A DNA stretch of 64,000 nucleotides. Origin: Oopsacas minuta (taxonomy: Eukaryota; Animalia; Porifera). The notes under the pieces are model-generated. The model was not told the origin of the DNA. It saw only the letters and a program-made list of their open reading frames with translations, and ran no database searches. Position 1 is the first letter of the stretch, and the number at the start of each line of letters is the position of its first letter. The stretch covers positions 372,001-436,000 of the forward strand of contig JAKMXF010000044.1 of NCBI GenBank assembly GCA_024704765.1, read 5' to 3'. Shown one piece after another: positions 26,701 through 39,396 of this stretch. Position numbers and translations under genes: made by a program.

Positions 26701-29700
26701 TAGTTAAAAATATTTATATAAATAAAAGAACAAATAATTTAGATTTTAGAAATTAGAACAAAGATTAAGGGGTCCTTAAATTTGGGAATTATTTCTGTAA
26801 AGTTGAGCACTTATTGTCAGGCTGTGAAAAGAAGTTAATTAAAATGCTTAAAATTCAATAGAGAATTTTCATAGAATGTATTAAATGTAGAGTAGTGAGT
26901 AGATTATTGCTTTAGTTAGAAAGATCGCAGGCAAATGCGAAATGTAGATAGACAGATATCCAGATAGAGAGCAGAGTTGTCATGAACATGAGAATTTTGT
27001 TTTAGCATTACTATCACATAAGATTAGAATCGTAAAGAACATGTAAATTTGTAGAGCTGTTGCGTGAGATTTTAACTCATCTATTCTTAAGAATCAGTAG
27101 CGTGCGAGAGACAGGGATGGGCCGATGGATGGGGGAACACATATATTTTGTATTACCTCTATGCTTTCCTAACCAATCCAGGAGAGCGTAAGCTACCTGC
27201 CCTGCACCGAGTTCAGAGCTTGTTTTTGTAATTGGCAATTAAACAAGTGATATACTCACAGTGAACATTAAAAGTACCTACAATGGAACCTGTATACTCC
27301 GGAAGACCTCTATAATCCGACAGTGTCTATTTTCTGTAATAGCTTCCGATAATACAAATTCACCTGCATAATGCGATAATTTAGTAAACCGACAGAATTT
27401 TCATGTCCCAACGAGTGTTAGTTTATGAACTGTATATCTCTTGCTCTGTAACCATGTCGTTAATCGTTATTAGTAAGTATTGTTACAATAATTAATGCCT
27501 TGGGACCGCAAGTATTGTCTGCACATCTGTTCGTTAATTTGTTCGTTTCCTTGTTTATCTGTTTGTCTATCTAGATATCGGCTTGTAACCGTTCGAAATC
27601 AACAATAGCTCATAGAATTGAGACTAGTACCAAACCAAGTGCCATCAACTATTACCTATGTGGTTTTGTCATTTGCATTAATTGCTGTAGATGAATTGGT
27701 TTAATACACAGGATAACGTATAGAAACCTAGAGTAGCAACCTTGACATAACGTATACTTAGGGAACACGAAGGTTAAATATACATAATTTGTAATTGCAA
27801 CATTTTGTTTATCGAATATCTGTTCTACTAATATTTTACCAACTAGTTATCCAAACACATTTAGTTTGCAGTGTGTATGGTGATACTGTTGAGAATTACT
27901 TAAAACTTATTCAACATACAATAGAACCTCATTAATACGCACACGGTAAATACAAACAGGCCGGGGCCGGATAGGAGTACCAATTTTGACGGTCCCTGGT
28001 GTTTACTGTGAGGATGACAGTTGTGATAAAGCTAATATATTATACCATGGATAAGTAAAGGATAACTAACCTGAATACGAGACAGTCCTAACTCAATGCT
28101 CTTCCTAGTACTCTCTATGTCAGGACTCTGTACTAACAAGATCTGATCTAACACATAGTTAGTATCTGTTATACGAGACAAATATAGATTTACTGAGTCT
28201 AGTGAGTAAGAGGAAGATTCCCATTGGTTCTGATAGAGCAGGTTTATGTCTAGAGTGAACTCGTTAGCTAGTAGCAGAGCCTCTGAGTACAACTGTTGAG
28301 AAATCTTATGCTTATATAAATCAAGAGCTGAAACTTGTTTCAACAACATAATACGATAATCACATGCAAATTCTGACACTTCAAATTGCTGTAGAGATAA
28401 TATACGAGTAAGAGAGAATAGAAATTGAAATATCCTTTCCTTTATAGTCATAGTATTCTTGTTAGAATATCCACCAGTTTCTTTATAACAAACAGCTAGA
28501 ATAGATTTATTGCCATAGAAAGTATCCATAATCAGAGGTGTATCTATTCCTCTATCTTGCTTCACAATATTACGTTCATGTTCTAGTTCGTATATAGCTA
28601 GTCTCCCTGTAGAGTAACTAGCTGCTATATGATGCTCTGACCACCAACAGCAAGAAACTAGTGTCTCTGTAACAGGTCTAGTTCTGTCTGGTTGTATACG
28701 TCTGTAAGGAGTGAGGGAGGGTGTGTACCAGACCGCTAAAGTACCATTCTGGTGAGAGGTCAATAACCGCTGAGGTTTATTGGAGCTGAGTGACATGTTG
28801 ATAACGTCATTACTTCTTCTAGATACAGAAGTACTTCTAACTTCTAAATTGTGATGAACCTTGGAGAGAGAATTTGAATTATTGATTAGAAACTATAAAT
28901 TCACTGATATATAAGTTAACTTGTTTCAGCTCCACATCAAATCAATCAAGCATGCGGGCAGGCGATACTTCTTTATCATTATTTCATTATGTTATGACAT
29001 ATCAGGGACTAATTTGGTTGATTTAAAAGATTTCAAATGACTATAAAGTCAAATTTGATACGACAACATGCTAGACGAAGAAAAGTCATCATTATTGTCC
29101 TGTTACCCAGTTAATATATAGTGACGCTGGATTATATTTATTATGAGTGAAATAACGACGAAAATATATATGCTATGCGGCGGTTGAGCTGAAACAAATT
29201 TCCAACTACAGTGGTCTACCATATGAAAGTATAATACACTCACTTGTTCAAATCCATTGTCCTGATCTACAACCCTCCAAACAGATATTGTACTCTTAAG
29301 CACATCAGTATTACTCTCTGTTCTTACTACCCCAGATCCTCCCACGTATAAGAGCTCTGTATCAGATTGATAACACATAGAGGATACACCCTGTGGATGA
29401 ACATGTCTTAATCCAACCTGGTAACACACCCCTCCTATCTCTCCACTATTCCTAACATCAAACCAGTAGAGAGAACCTGTACGACATACAATGATACATC
29501 TATGTATCAGCTGATGGGGTCCATATCCCATGAGTAACAGATGTGAAGGATCCATGATACCATGGACTGATAGGTCTAAATCTCCAATCTTATTCCCTTT
29601 AGTATCAAACACCATAACGAGGCTATTAATACTAGTAGCTAGCAGTACCATAAGGTATTTACTATCTATGGACCATGTTACTTGAAGAGGAGAGGATCGT

Positions 29701-30089
29701 GTAATTATGACGTCATCACTGAGTGTATACATGTAACCTGATTGACGGGAAAATACAGAATGATTGGATGGAGACAATTTAGAGTTTCTGATAAGAATGA
29801 ATAGAGTAGAAGGGGAGAGAACTGCTAGGTGTTTGTGGCAGGGAGAAGCAGACAGGGACACAGAAGGAGGGGGAGTAGTATGTTTTAATTTGGAGCGATA
29901 ATACATTTGATTAGGTATTGAAAATATTAATATTATAGGAATTAGTATATAGTAGGAGATGATGTGTATATATCTTATGAATGTGTTAGAGGGATGTGTC
30001 CAGCGAGATGACTTAGTGTGGAATAGATAAGTGTCTCTCCATTGGTCATATTGGATAGCGTCATAGAGAATCTTATCGTTTGTAGACAT
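20777..30089 (-). CDS. NBAS: Neuroblastoma-amplified sequence (NBAS; Sec39-domain NRZ tethering subunit), 3 exons, about 2137 aa
   Basis: Exons complement(29244..30089, 28071..28859, 20777..25555); both introns are GT-AG, phase 0. N-terminal motifs ILYDAIQYDQW, HPQGVSSMCY..LLYVGG and ISVWRVV match the NBAS beta-propeller. Further motifs: LYKHKISQQLYSEALLLA, WFVYRARQIDNISGQ, ASQHYFNASS, SSRKNLLGYAMEHCP. Confidence 0.9.
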
Positions 30090-30731
30090 TAACTGAAGGT
30101 TAGAGTAAACAAATTGTATCAAAAAGTGATAATTTACTGCACTGAGGGGCAATTCTATGATAAGCTAAGGTAGAGGATAGTTTTGAGGTAGTGACTATAT
30201 TAATAGCAACTAACTTGCTGTTAACAGTGTAGTATAATCAAATTTGGAGAATCGTAAATGGGATTTTGAGGGAGGAAAGGTTTACTAACAGCACTGCTAA
30301 CGGTTAACAGGATTTCTACCATCCCTGCTTATTATCATAAATACCGAGATAACTAGAAATAAGATTAATCACTGTGTGAAGGTTCAGAAAAACTTATTGC
30401 CTAGTTACTCACATAATTTCATCCAATTTGTATCTATGTATCAATTTCATTATTGAACAGCTGTTTCTCAGGATTGCACGAACAGAAGTCTGTACCATTC
30501 ATAGCATGCTATGTGGTATGTTATGCCTCTAGAGTGTAAATTCACAGATCAATATTTGATATTTTGTATATTAACCGTTGCAACCGAATAGTTATAGTTG
30601 AATGTGATTATTCGTTTCGGTTCGACGCGATTTCAACTATTAACCAATATAGCAAACAATTAGGATAATAAGTGTAATATTAAGTGTACGAGATAGAATA
30701 ATGTGATCAGTTTACCAACAAGAAAGCAGTG

Positions 30732-31331
30732 TTACAACTTCCCAGAAAACCAATATACACTACACCAAGATGGAAGGCAGGGTCCAAAAGCTTCAAGCAA
30801 CAGAGGCTCAGCTTGTACTGATTTCTCGAAGTCACCAGGACTCAGCTTACCATCATGATCTAGATCCATTTTCTTGAGTATCAGCTCGATCAGGTCTTTT
30901 ATCCCCTCTTCTGGATCCTCTTCTGTGGGCTGCTTTATCATAGACGTCTTCAGCATGTGGAACATCTCCTCCCGTGATATATAGAAATCGTTGTTCAGGT
31001 CATACACGTAGAAACAATATTTTATCTTTTCATCAATTGTACCACGCAGGAAAATTGATAGACCTTTCACCCATTCTATCTCATCAATAAATCCATCATT
31101 GTCTAGATCAAATGCTTTAAATACTCGCTCCATGAAGAATAGGGTAGTCATGTCAAAGTCATTGTGTAGGATTTCCTTGAAAGTTGGTCTGTCAATTCTA
31201 TTCTGTGTTATACTGTAGAATAAGTGGAGAAGCTTTTCAGTTTCAGATTTAGAGAAGTGAGTAATTGTACACAGCTGTTCTGCTTGCTTTGCGAGAGCCT
31301 TTTTCTCAGTTATGTTCATGTGCTCTACCAT
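30732..31331 (-). CDS. EFCAB1: Calaxin (EF-hand Ca2+ sensor of outer-arm dynein), intronless
   Basis: EF-hands FDLDNDGFIDEIEW, YDLNNDFYISREEM, MDLDHDGKLS; calaxin-specific KQPTEEDPEEGIKDL and LLEAFGPCLP. Confidence 0.93.
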   Translation of the reverse strand: MVEHMNITEKKALAKQAEQLCTITHFSKSETEKLLHLFYSITQNRIDRPTFKEILHNDFDMTTLFFMERVFKAFDLDNDGFIDEIEWVKGLSIFLRGTIDEKIKYCFYVYDLNNDFYISREEMFHMLKTSMIKQPTEEDPEEGIKDLIELILKKMDLDHDGKLSPGDFEKSVQAEPLLLEAFGPCLPSWCSVYWFSGKL

Positions 31332-31522
31332 GTCGGCTAACGGAATAAGTCAGAATTACATACTCATGGTCATGAAGGTAAGACAATTATGATTAGTACC
31401 AATCCTGTTCAGCAAAGTTTGATTAAAAATGTATCCATAATGACTCTGAGTGGACCAATTATATTGTAAGAGATTCGGAATATATAAAATCTAAGTGAAA
31501 TATCAGCAAACAATTCAAATTC

Positions 31523-32362
31523 CTAAACATTTTTAATTCGATGAAGTATTCTTTCATAGAAAGCCCAATTGAAAGCACTAACTAACATTTTACGACACAC
31601 CCTGACAGTGAGTCCTGCCATCATTCCCCTAGCCCCTCTCTCCTTCAGGATATCAAGGACAGCTTGTCTCAAACTAAATCTTGAGGTATTGACCTGCATT
31701 CTAGTTTTTATGACGTCAAACGGATGAGTAAGCATTGAAGCGAAGAATCCACTGATAAGTCCACATCCAAAAGTAACAATAAACGGTAACTCTGTATCTG
31801 TCCATTTTTTATCCGCATGTTGTTTAAGTTCAAAATATAATAACAAGAACAGGCCAGAGTATGGCGCATCCCTCATGACCGTGGCTACACCCCCTGAGAA
31901 CATTCCACTAATTCCTTCCTGTCTGAATATGGTAGTCAGAGCTTGATAGACTGATTTGTATTTGAACCAACCACTCTCAAATCGGGTTTTAACTATAGTG
32001 AGAGGCATCATGGTGGCTGAACTCACTCCTCGGGCACAAACCCCAATCATAAGGTTACCCAATCGAGACTCTGGTATGTTCTTACCATACCTAAGGCCTC
32101 TGAATATATCTATCGTTGTGAAGTATATGCCTGTACCTGGGGCAGTACGGAAGAGAGAGGGCATGGTACCACGCCAGAGAGAAGAGACATGAATCTCTCC
32201 ACGAGTTATTGAGTGTAAAATACTTCTGACATTCCTATTGCTGTTCCTGGTAACTATGTTGTTGGATACAGGGAGTTGTCTATAAGTTTTGATCGTGTCA
32301 AGAGGTTGTAGCAGCAATACTGTACAACTACCACTCAAACTGCCTGCAAGGAATTCCCTCAT
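31523..32362 (-). CDS. SLC25A38: Mitochondrial carrier, glycine transporter SLC25A38/Hem25-like, intronless
   Basis: Three carrier motifs (QPLDTIKT, MPLTIVKTRFES, HPFDVIKTRMQ); LWRGTMPSLFRTAPGTGIYF and RDAPYSGLFL resemble SLC25A38. Confidence 0.88.
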   Translation of the reverse strand: MREFLAGSLSGSCTVLLLQPLDTIKTYRQLPVSNNIVTRNSNRNVRSILHSITRGEIHVSSLWRGTMPSLFRTAPGTGIYFTTIDIFRGLRYGKNIPESRLGNLMIGVCARGVSSATMMPLTIVKTRFESGWFKYKSVYQALTTIFRQEGISGMFSGGVATVMRDAPYSGLFLLLYFELKQHADKKWTDTELPFIVTFGCGLISGFFASMLTHPFDVIKTRMQVNTSRFSLRQAVLDILKERGARGMMAGLTVRVCRKMLVSAFNWAFYERILHRIKNV

Positions 32363-32761
32363 CAGAAGCAGAGCTCAAATTAAGTTCAAAGTAACAAAAT
32401 TGAATTCTCCGTAACAGTGAATTATTTATGAGCGTCAGACGCTCCTTTTTAGGAGTATGATTTGCGACCAACTTAAAAATTAGGATTTAGGAGCCTGTTA
32501 ATTGAAGAACTTACATCGAAGCAATTAACTACTGATTTAGGCGTATTAAATTTCACGGGAGGAGAACTAGGAGCGTGCTCCAATAACCTGTATAACTTAC
32601 TGCTCCGTAATAGGTTGATCTTTTGCCTCATATGCAGTATTGACAATTTGATCTCAATCTCCTCCCACTCAAATTCCTTTTATGGCTAAATCGTCATATA
32701 AAATTATACACAGTTATATTGATATGCAGGATTATATCCTCAGATATGTGTCATATAACTA

Positions 32762-33089
32762 CAGTAAACTCTAGTTATAACCAAGTCGGAAACAACGAAA
32801 CTCCGCTTATAACGAAGTTATTTGTTACCCCCTTTAGGTCACACGCTATTGAATTTCAGCCCGTTATAATGAAGTCCACTCATAACAACCCCAGGTGAAC
32901 TAATTTCACTCAAATTACTATTTTATTACATAAAACTCCGTATTTAACGAACCTGATTAAAGACTTCCGCTATTATTGACACAATTTTACAAACAAATGT
33001 GCATTTAACGTACTCTGGTTACAACAAACTCCGCTTATAATGAAATGAAACCGAAGTCCCGGACACTTCGTTATAACGAGAGTTTACTG
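32762..33089. mobile_element. TA-flanked Tigger/pogo-like MITE, 328 bp
   Basis: TA|CAGTAAACTCTAGTTATAAC ... GTTATAACGAGAGTTTACTG|TA; internal repeats of AACTCCGCTTATAA. Confidence 0.85.
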
Positions 33090-33772
33090 TACAATAGAAC
33101 CTATTTAATACGCACAGTTATATCCGGTTAACTAGGGTGACCATTGTCCAGGATTTTCACCATAATTCTTATGTGTCCAGGATGTCAATACATATGTACA
33201 GGATTCTAGAGATTATTACTTTGAATAGAAGGATATTAAAATTCTTAATCTGTCTATCAATACAAGCAGCAACCAATTTAAATGAGGTTTCAATCTATTT
33301 CTATTACAAAATTAAACATACATTTATAGCATTATACATAACTTCAAATAATAGTGTCCAGGATCTTGTACTGGAATTTTGGGGTACAAATGCTCAAATG
33401 TACAGGATTTAGAGCTAAACATGCTGCTCGCCTGGATTGGCTGGATAAGTATGAAAATTCGTCGCGAAAATATGGAAGCAAGCCTGAACACTAACCTAGA
33501 ACGACGAATCTTCCGGCGAGAATTTCCGATAACAACATCAAACAATAATATAAATGTGTTATGTAATTCTACGTACTAGTTCATACAATTCATTCAGATA
33601 AATGTGTAGTGAGGAGGAAGAAGAAAGAATGAAAGAAAGAGTTGAACATATACAGTCAGATAAGAACTTAGTGTATTACGTATTGATACAGTAATGTGTT
33701 AAATAATTATTCAGCTTGTAATTACACTAAATCATAAGTGACCGGGTAAAAGAGAGGAGAGTGAGATTATAA

Positions 33773-34327
33773 TCATTTCTTCTTCTTCTTAATAGCCATA
33801 TTCTTACACAGCCATTCCATACCTTCTTGAATTCCAGCTCCTGTAAGTGCTGAACACGGCTGTATCTGCCATTGCCTTTCTCGGATGTTACATAGTTTGA
33901 GTCTTTCTGCGATATCTCCCACATTAGTAGCAGCAACCAAATCTTGCTTGTTAGCGAATATGAATAGAGGAACGTTTGCTAGCTTGTCTTCTTCCAGGAG
34001 ATTGTACAACTCCTGGGAAGTCTCTAGGAATCTCTTCTCATCTGTAGAATCTATGACATATATGAGAACATCAGTGTTCTCGAAGTAGTTACGCCAATAA
34101 GGACGTATCTCTCTTTGTCCTCCAATATCCCAGACATTCAGTTTGAAGCCTTTGGATTGAACAGATTTCACATTGAAGCCAATAGTAGGCGTTACAAAGC
34201 TCACATCCTCAGAGGCCAGCTGTTTCAAAAGGGTTGTCTTACCAGCGTTGTCAAGGCCGAGCAAAAGAATGCGCATCTCATGAGTAGGAGAGCTATGGAG
34301 TTTTCTGAGTAATGCGAGTAATCCCAT
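33773..34327 (-). CDS. ARL3: ADP-ribosylation factor-like protein 3, intronless
   Basis: [11 protein letters not shown]-terminus, [10 protein letters not shown]-loop, [36 protein letters not shown]. Confidence 0.95.
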   Translation of the reverse strand: MGLLALLRKLHSSPTHEMRILLLGLDNAGKTTLLKQLASEDVSFVTPTIGFNVKSVQSKGFKLNVWDIGGQREIRPYWRNYFENTDVLIYVIDSTDEKRFLETSQELYNLLEEDKLANVPLFIFANKQDLVAATNVGDIAERLKLCNIRERQWQIQPCSALTGAGIQEGMEWLCKNMAIKKKKK

Positions 34328-34557
34328 TATTGGAGAAAAGTTTTAGAAATCTAAGAGTATTGAATGAATTCTGTTACAATTGCAAATGTATAATTTCAAT
34401 TAACAAAACTCAAATATGAATTATTTTTCTTAGAATAAGATCACTAATATAATTTTAGTGAACTACACGAGAATCTATAACAAGTTATCTACCAAATACT
34501 GACAATATTACCTAATACACATAATGCCTAAATTCTATGGGATGCTAGCCTAATAGG

Positions 34558-35124
34558 TTAGGCCTTGTATGCACGACTATTTCTGCGACCACGAGCTCGC
34601 TCGAATTTTCGGCCTTTAGAACGTACGTATGGTTTAGAGCGGCTGTGTGGGACACCAGGAGCTGGTCCAAAGTGTCGCACTGCCTCTCTGGCTCTGCGGG
34701 GGCCCTGTAGCAGAATGGTGTTCTGACCCTTAGGAGCCTGGAGTGCTAGTTGATCGAATGTAAGTACCTCTCCTCCTGACTTGATTATCCTTTCTCTAGC
34801 TTTCTCTGTAACACGTAGAGCACATACTCGTAGCTTAGGGACATCAAACAGTCTGATGTCATTAGTAACAGTACCTACTACAACAGCTAGCTTACTCTTC
34901 CTGTCATCAGATCGCATTTGTTTGGCAACTCTAGCTAGAGATAGGGGCGGTCTGTTGTTCCTACTCATTATTAGGCGTTTGAGGATAACTTGATTGAATT
35001 TAGAGTTTGTTCGTCTGTTTAGGAACTTGTAGAGTTTTACTAACAGACGGAGATATACGTTGTCTGATCTTGGGGAGCGACGGATTACTTTCCGTTTGTG
35101 TTTCTTCTCAATGTCGATACCCAT
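34558..35124 (-). CDS. RPL18: 60S ribosomal protein L18 (eL18), intronless
   Basis: MGIDI start, [52 protein letters not shown]. Confidence 0.98.
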   Translation of the reverse strand: MGIDIEKKHKRKVIRRSPRSDNVYLRLLVKLYKFLNRRTNSKFNQVILKRLIMSRNNRPPLSLARVAKQMRSDDRKSKLAVVVGTVTNDIRLFDVPKLRVCALRVTEKARERIIKSGGEVLTFDQLALQAPKGQNTILLQGPRRAREAVRHFGPAPGVPHSRSKPYVRSKGRKFERARGRRNSRAYKA

Positions 35125-35643
35125 TACTATACAGTGAAAAATATAATTGTATAGAGTTAGTGTAAATGTAACAGATGCTATATTTTCTAGATCACAGCGA
35201 TAATACTCAAGGTGAATTAATGCTGCTTGCTAACATAAATTGCGCCAGAATAGTAAGGAAGGATTGCCATTTGAATTAATTTAGTGGATGCAATGGATTC
35301 CTCATATCTAGAACCCCTAAGAGACTCAACTTTACACTCAATAGTGGGCTTAGGTTCCAATAATAATATTACTGGCATTCTCGAGGACATACATGTATAT
35401 ATCCGTCGTATATTACATGTAGGTCTCACAGTGACTCAGCTTAGTATAATATAGTTTTTTGTTTAAAATAATGTATAAAGTATAACGCGTATTTTCGGAA
35501 ATAAATAGCACAATTCATATATAAACAGGCATTCAAAATTACATAAAGGATAATTCAGATATTATAATACATACACACAAAGTGATGTTAGAATAATTAT
35601 ACAAATTGATAATAATACAAAATTCACAAAAATAATGTCAAAT

Positions 35644-36618
35644 TCATTTCTGAAATTGTAACAATGCCTGTAGATCAGCAATGATATTATATTTATTCAT
35701 TGCTTCAACACGTTTGTATTCAATTGCTACAAAAATACAATAAAGTATCAAAGGAAGTATTGAGATAATGCGTAACAAATCGAAAGGTGTCAAAATGGCC
35801 ATGACACAAATATATTGTTCGAAAACAAAACCGTTTATAAAGAAAATTGGAAACAATTCTGCTGTCTGGAAAATCAACGCTATAACTAAAAGGACCTTCG
35901 CGAAGGATTTTGGTTTCGAATGTCTTGTGTTTTTACAGATTACAGCTAAGCCAATTGCATAGACAGTACATTGCATTAGAACCAATGCTACTATGTAACA
36001 TAACAACAGGATAGGTAGGATGGAATGTTCACGTTTAACACCCAAAATGATCAAAATTGAAACTAGTACCAACGCTTGGAATAAAAACAACAAACGACTC
36101 CAATTTATGAAATAGCTGAAAACGCTTTTTACTTTAGATTTCATAGAATATGGGTTGATTGTTAATGTGGCGGTAGCAGTGGTTCTGAAACGCCATTCGT
36201 GGTCCAAAGCTCCACACAGGAAGAAATATGTCATGATATGTAATGTGTTAAGTAAGAAGTATGCAATAATGTCCTGTATATGCGTGTTATCATCTGAGTA
36301 TACGGGTAGCAAAAATAGGAGAGATAAATACTCGCATAAATGTATTGACAAGAATAGTAACCACCAGACACTAGAAGTAGATGTTGTATAAGTCTTCTTG
36401 CCCAAAACTTTGACAGAGTTGAAGCAAAAGAATATGACTAATGCTATTAACACAGATATTATCACGTGAACCAGGGATATGAAGAAAGTAGCTGGAGCAC
36501 CAAGTTTATACAGCTGGTATTGAGATGTATTATTAGACAGCTGTTGATCTGTTATGTTGCAGAAGTATCGTATTTTAGTCAAGTTAACACAGCTAAACTG
36601 GATCTGTAGGAAATCCAT
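35644..36618 (-). CDS. Uncharacterised seven-transmembrane protein, 324 aa
   Basis: Seven hydrophobic 20-25 aa segments by eye, N-terminal sequons (NLT, NNT) and a polar C-tail. No family motif recognised. ATG at 36618. Confidence 0.75.
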   Translation of the reverse strand: MDFLQIQFSCVNLTKIRYFCNITDQQLSNNTSQYQLYKLGAPATFFISLVHVIISVLIALVIFFCFNSVKVLGKKTYTTSTSSVWWLLFLSIHLCEYLSLLFLLPVYSDDNTHIQDIIAYFLLNTLHIMTYFFLCGALDHEWRFRTTATATLTINPYSMKSKVKSVFSYFINWSRLLFLFQALVLVSILIILGVKREHSILPILLLCYIVALVLMQCTVYAIGLAVICKNTRHSKPKSFAKVLLVIALIFQTAELFPIFFINGFVFEQYICVMAILTPFDLLRIISILPLILYCIFVAIEYKRVEAMNKYNIIADLQALLQFQK

Positions 36619-38470
36619 CACATTAGAATAAGCTATTTATAGAACACGTAAGTTAGATTTGTGTAAACATTTTACAGTTCTTATACATATTGAGTCGTTC
36701 AAACGTTACTTAACGCTTCCAAGGGGAGGAAGAAACGGTCAAAACCGGGAATTTGCGTTACGTAACTTTATATAAAATACATGTCTACATTGTCTAGTTG
36801 TTTTACCATAGTAAATGCAGCAAGATCTTAATATTATCTTGTAGCGATTGAGTTGCTATGTCATGTGACATTCTCTATCGGTAATTGTTCCTTTTACATA
36901 TCAGGCAGAACTACTAATTATATTGGAAATCCAAATGTCCGGGTTATGGTAAATATCCTCTAGTCAGCCTGCATAGTCGTATATACCACTTCTAATCGAT
37001 ATGTCCTCAATTCATGAGATTGCATGTCACATAATATGAACTATTAGAAACTGCACTGCTATGTAGTTTATTGGTCAAATTTTGTGGTGTAACGGGCCTT
37101 TAAACGGTTCCATATAACATTCGCGATTAGAATGATAAATAGTTGAGGTATTACTAGATATTGTATTTCTCTTCAAGAGAGAGAAAATTGATTACCACTA
37201 TCAAAAGAAATGCTCGACAAGTTACAACCTCATGAAACAATATTCTGTGATTTACAAGGTCCAATATGCAACAACAAAATTTACATTTCTTCGAGATAAA
37301 CTTTTCTGTTACGTTCCGTGAATTAGGAAGCCCAGGGATCAGGGTCTACATCCAATTTTTTGATGCTGAGGAAGGTGTTTGCATTGGTGGTTTCACATGT
37401 GGCAGAATAAAGGAGATATTAAATATACCTATTTAATATATCCTATATTCTGCATGCGATTCCTCATGCGGATTTACATTCTTAACAGCTCATTGAAATA
37501 TTAAAATATTCTAAATCAAAGTGTAACAATTATCCCAGATTATTGTCAGTCATGTTCTATGTAAAAGATTGTCTATGAGAGTTTGAGAAACCATAACCTA
37601 GAATAGTGGTCGGGGAGTTCAATAATTTTGTCATTTTTTAATTGGATTTCGCCAACTCTGACAAAAAGGGACCAAAACATCCCAAAGTCAAATATGATCG
37701 TTTTTATCAATTAATAGATTATATGAACTGGTTACTGACAAATTTGGTACAACAAGCCGAACCAAATAGCCTATTAAGCCTATAGTTCATATGTGCAGGC
37801 CCTGAAGTGGTCATACGTAGATCAGAAGCAGCGTCCTTCGCTGACACAAACCTTACCTCATACAGTTACTTAAATATTTCGAACCGTGAAAGAATTCAAA
37901 TATTATGAAAACTAATGAAACTAGCTAAGAAGAATATCATGAATTGGAAAACAAGGATACTTATATTGAAGTAAGAGGTTTATTCAAAAATGAATACTTG
38001 TCAATGCGTCAGTTATAGGAGTACAGGTAGCCCATAAAGTTATCCATGCTGAGCTAAGTATTGGTAAATTTATGAGAAGAAGATCTAATGATTGTATTAA
38101 TTGTATAATACTCTCATGAAGTATAAGTTTTATGCCTTCCCTATTCCTTAAGAACCTCAGTCACATCTTCATTTATTATTAAATGTGTTTCTCTAGTAAA
38201 CATCGAGCAGCATATGCATATCTTCTAATGTTTCTCTTGAGGGAGTCTTGGAGTCTGAGACAGAATTTCCATACGAATTTGATACAGTATAGCCACTGCA
38301 CTAGTCTTGATTGTATAGTTCTTGAAAATAAATTATTATTACACATCAAAACAAACGAATAGGAAATAGATGCACGAAAGGTATCGTAGATGTACAAGCG
38401 TACAGAGCATTAACGCTTCTCATTTTTGGAGCGCGCTCCCGCCCTGAAAATAATTTGTTTACATTATATC

Positions 38471-38677
38471 CATAAAAACAACCAATAAATTTACATGTGA
38501 TTAATCCAAAAGTGTGAAAATCGGACTCAGCATGTTCGATATTTACCGAAGTTTTATTGGAATTCTATTTACTTCCTTGATAAACACGATAAATACATAG
38601 TGATGCGACAATTTCAAAATTGCATACCATAAATCCTTTCCTTGGTAAGGATAAACAGACAACAATTGAGATTTAAT
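38471..38677. repeat. Family R copy, inverted relative to 41471-41678
   Basis: About 207 bp aligns to the reverse complement of 41471-41678 with long identical blocks (GATAAACACGATAAATACATAG, ATGCGACAATTTCAAAATTGCATAC, TAAATCCTTTCCTTG). Confidence 0.85.
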
Positions 38678-39396
38678 GATATTGAATTGTATTTTTGTAA
38701 TCAGGGTTGAATTTAACAATTTTACATTTGAAAATTGCTAAATGTGCATCGTCGATTTCACTGCTGAACAGTTCTTTACGTATCCGCAACATAATTCCAT
38801 AAATATTCAATTTTATTAAATAATGAGCACTTGACTCGTCTCTCTTTACGGATCTATGTGCACTTTATCATCCAAATTGACGAACCTTTGGGACCATAGT
38901 TCGGTAATTCATCATATCAACAATAAGTTTATGTTCAATATTACAATAGTATAAGAAACTTTGCGAGATTCGGATTCTGCGGAATTAGTTACACCAACAT
39001 ACCCGTTAAAGCAAGCTCTATGAATATTTTCAGATTTCAATGATTTGTTTACTTTATTGTTTATATTCATAAAAGTTGATAAAACAACAATAAATTTACA
39101 TATGAGAAACTTAAAATTTTGTTCAGGGAAATACGGTATTTGTTAACTTCTTGATAAACACAATATATACAATGATAACATATTGAGATGGGAAATTCCA
39201 GGATTGCGAAATTCGAATACAAATAATATACATAAATCATTTCCATACCTTGACAACGAACAAACAAGATAGATTAATTAATTAATTAAATAATAGAAAT
39301 GATAAGTAAATTTCCTGTAATTTAATTCATGCGATATCCTATACAATATATTCTAATTTTAGATTTTAATATTGCTGTTAGTGTCATTATTCTATA

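Noticed and set aside
28032-30152. ORFs 29103..30152 and 28032..28796 as separate genes
   Set aside because: They splice in frame to the 20777 ORF to give one NBAS gene.
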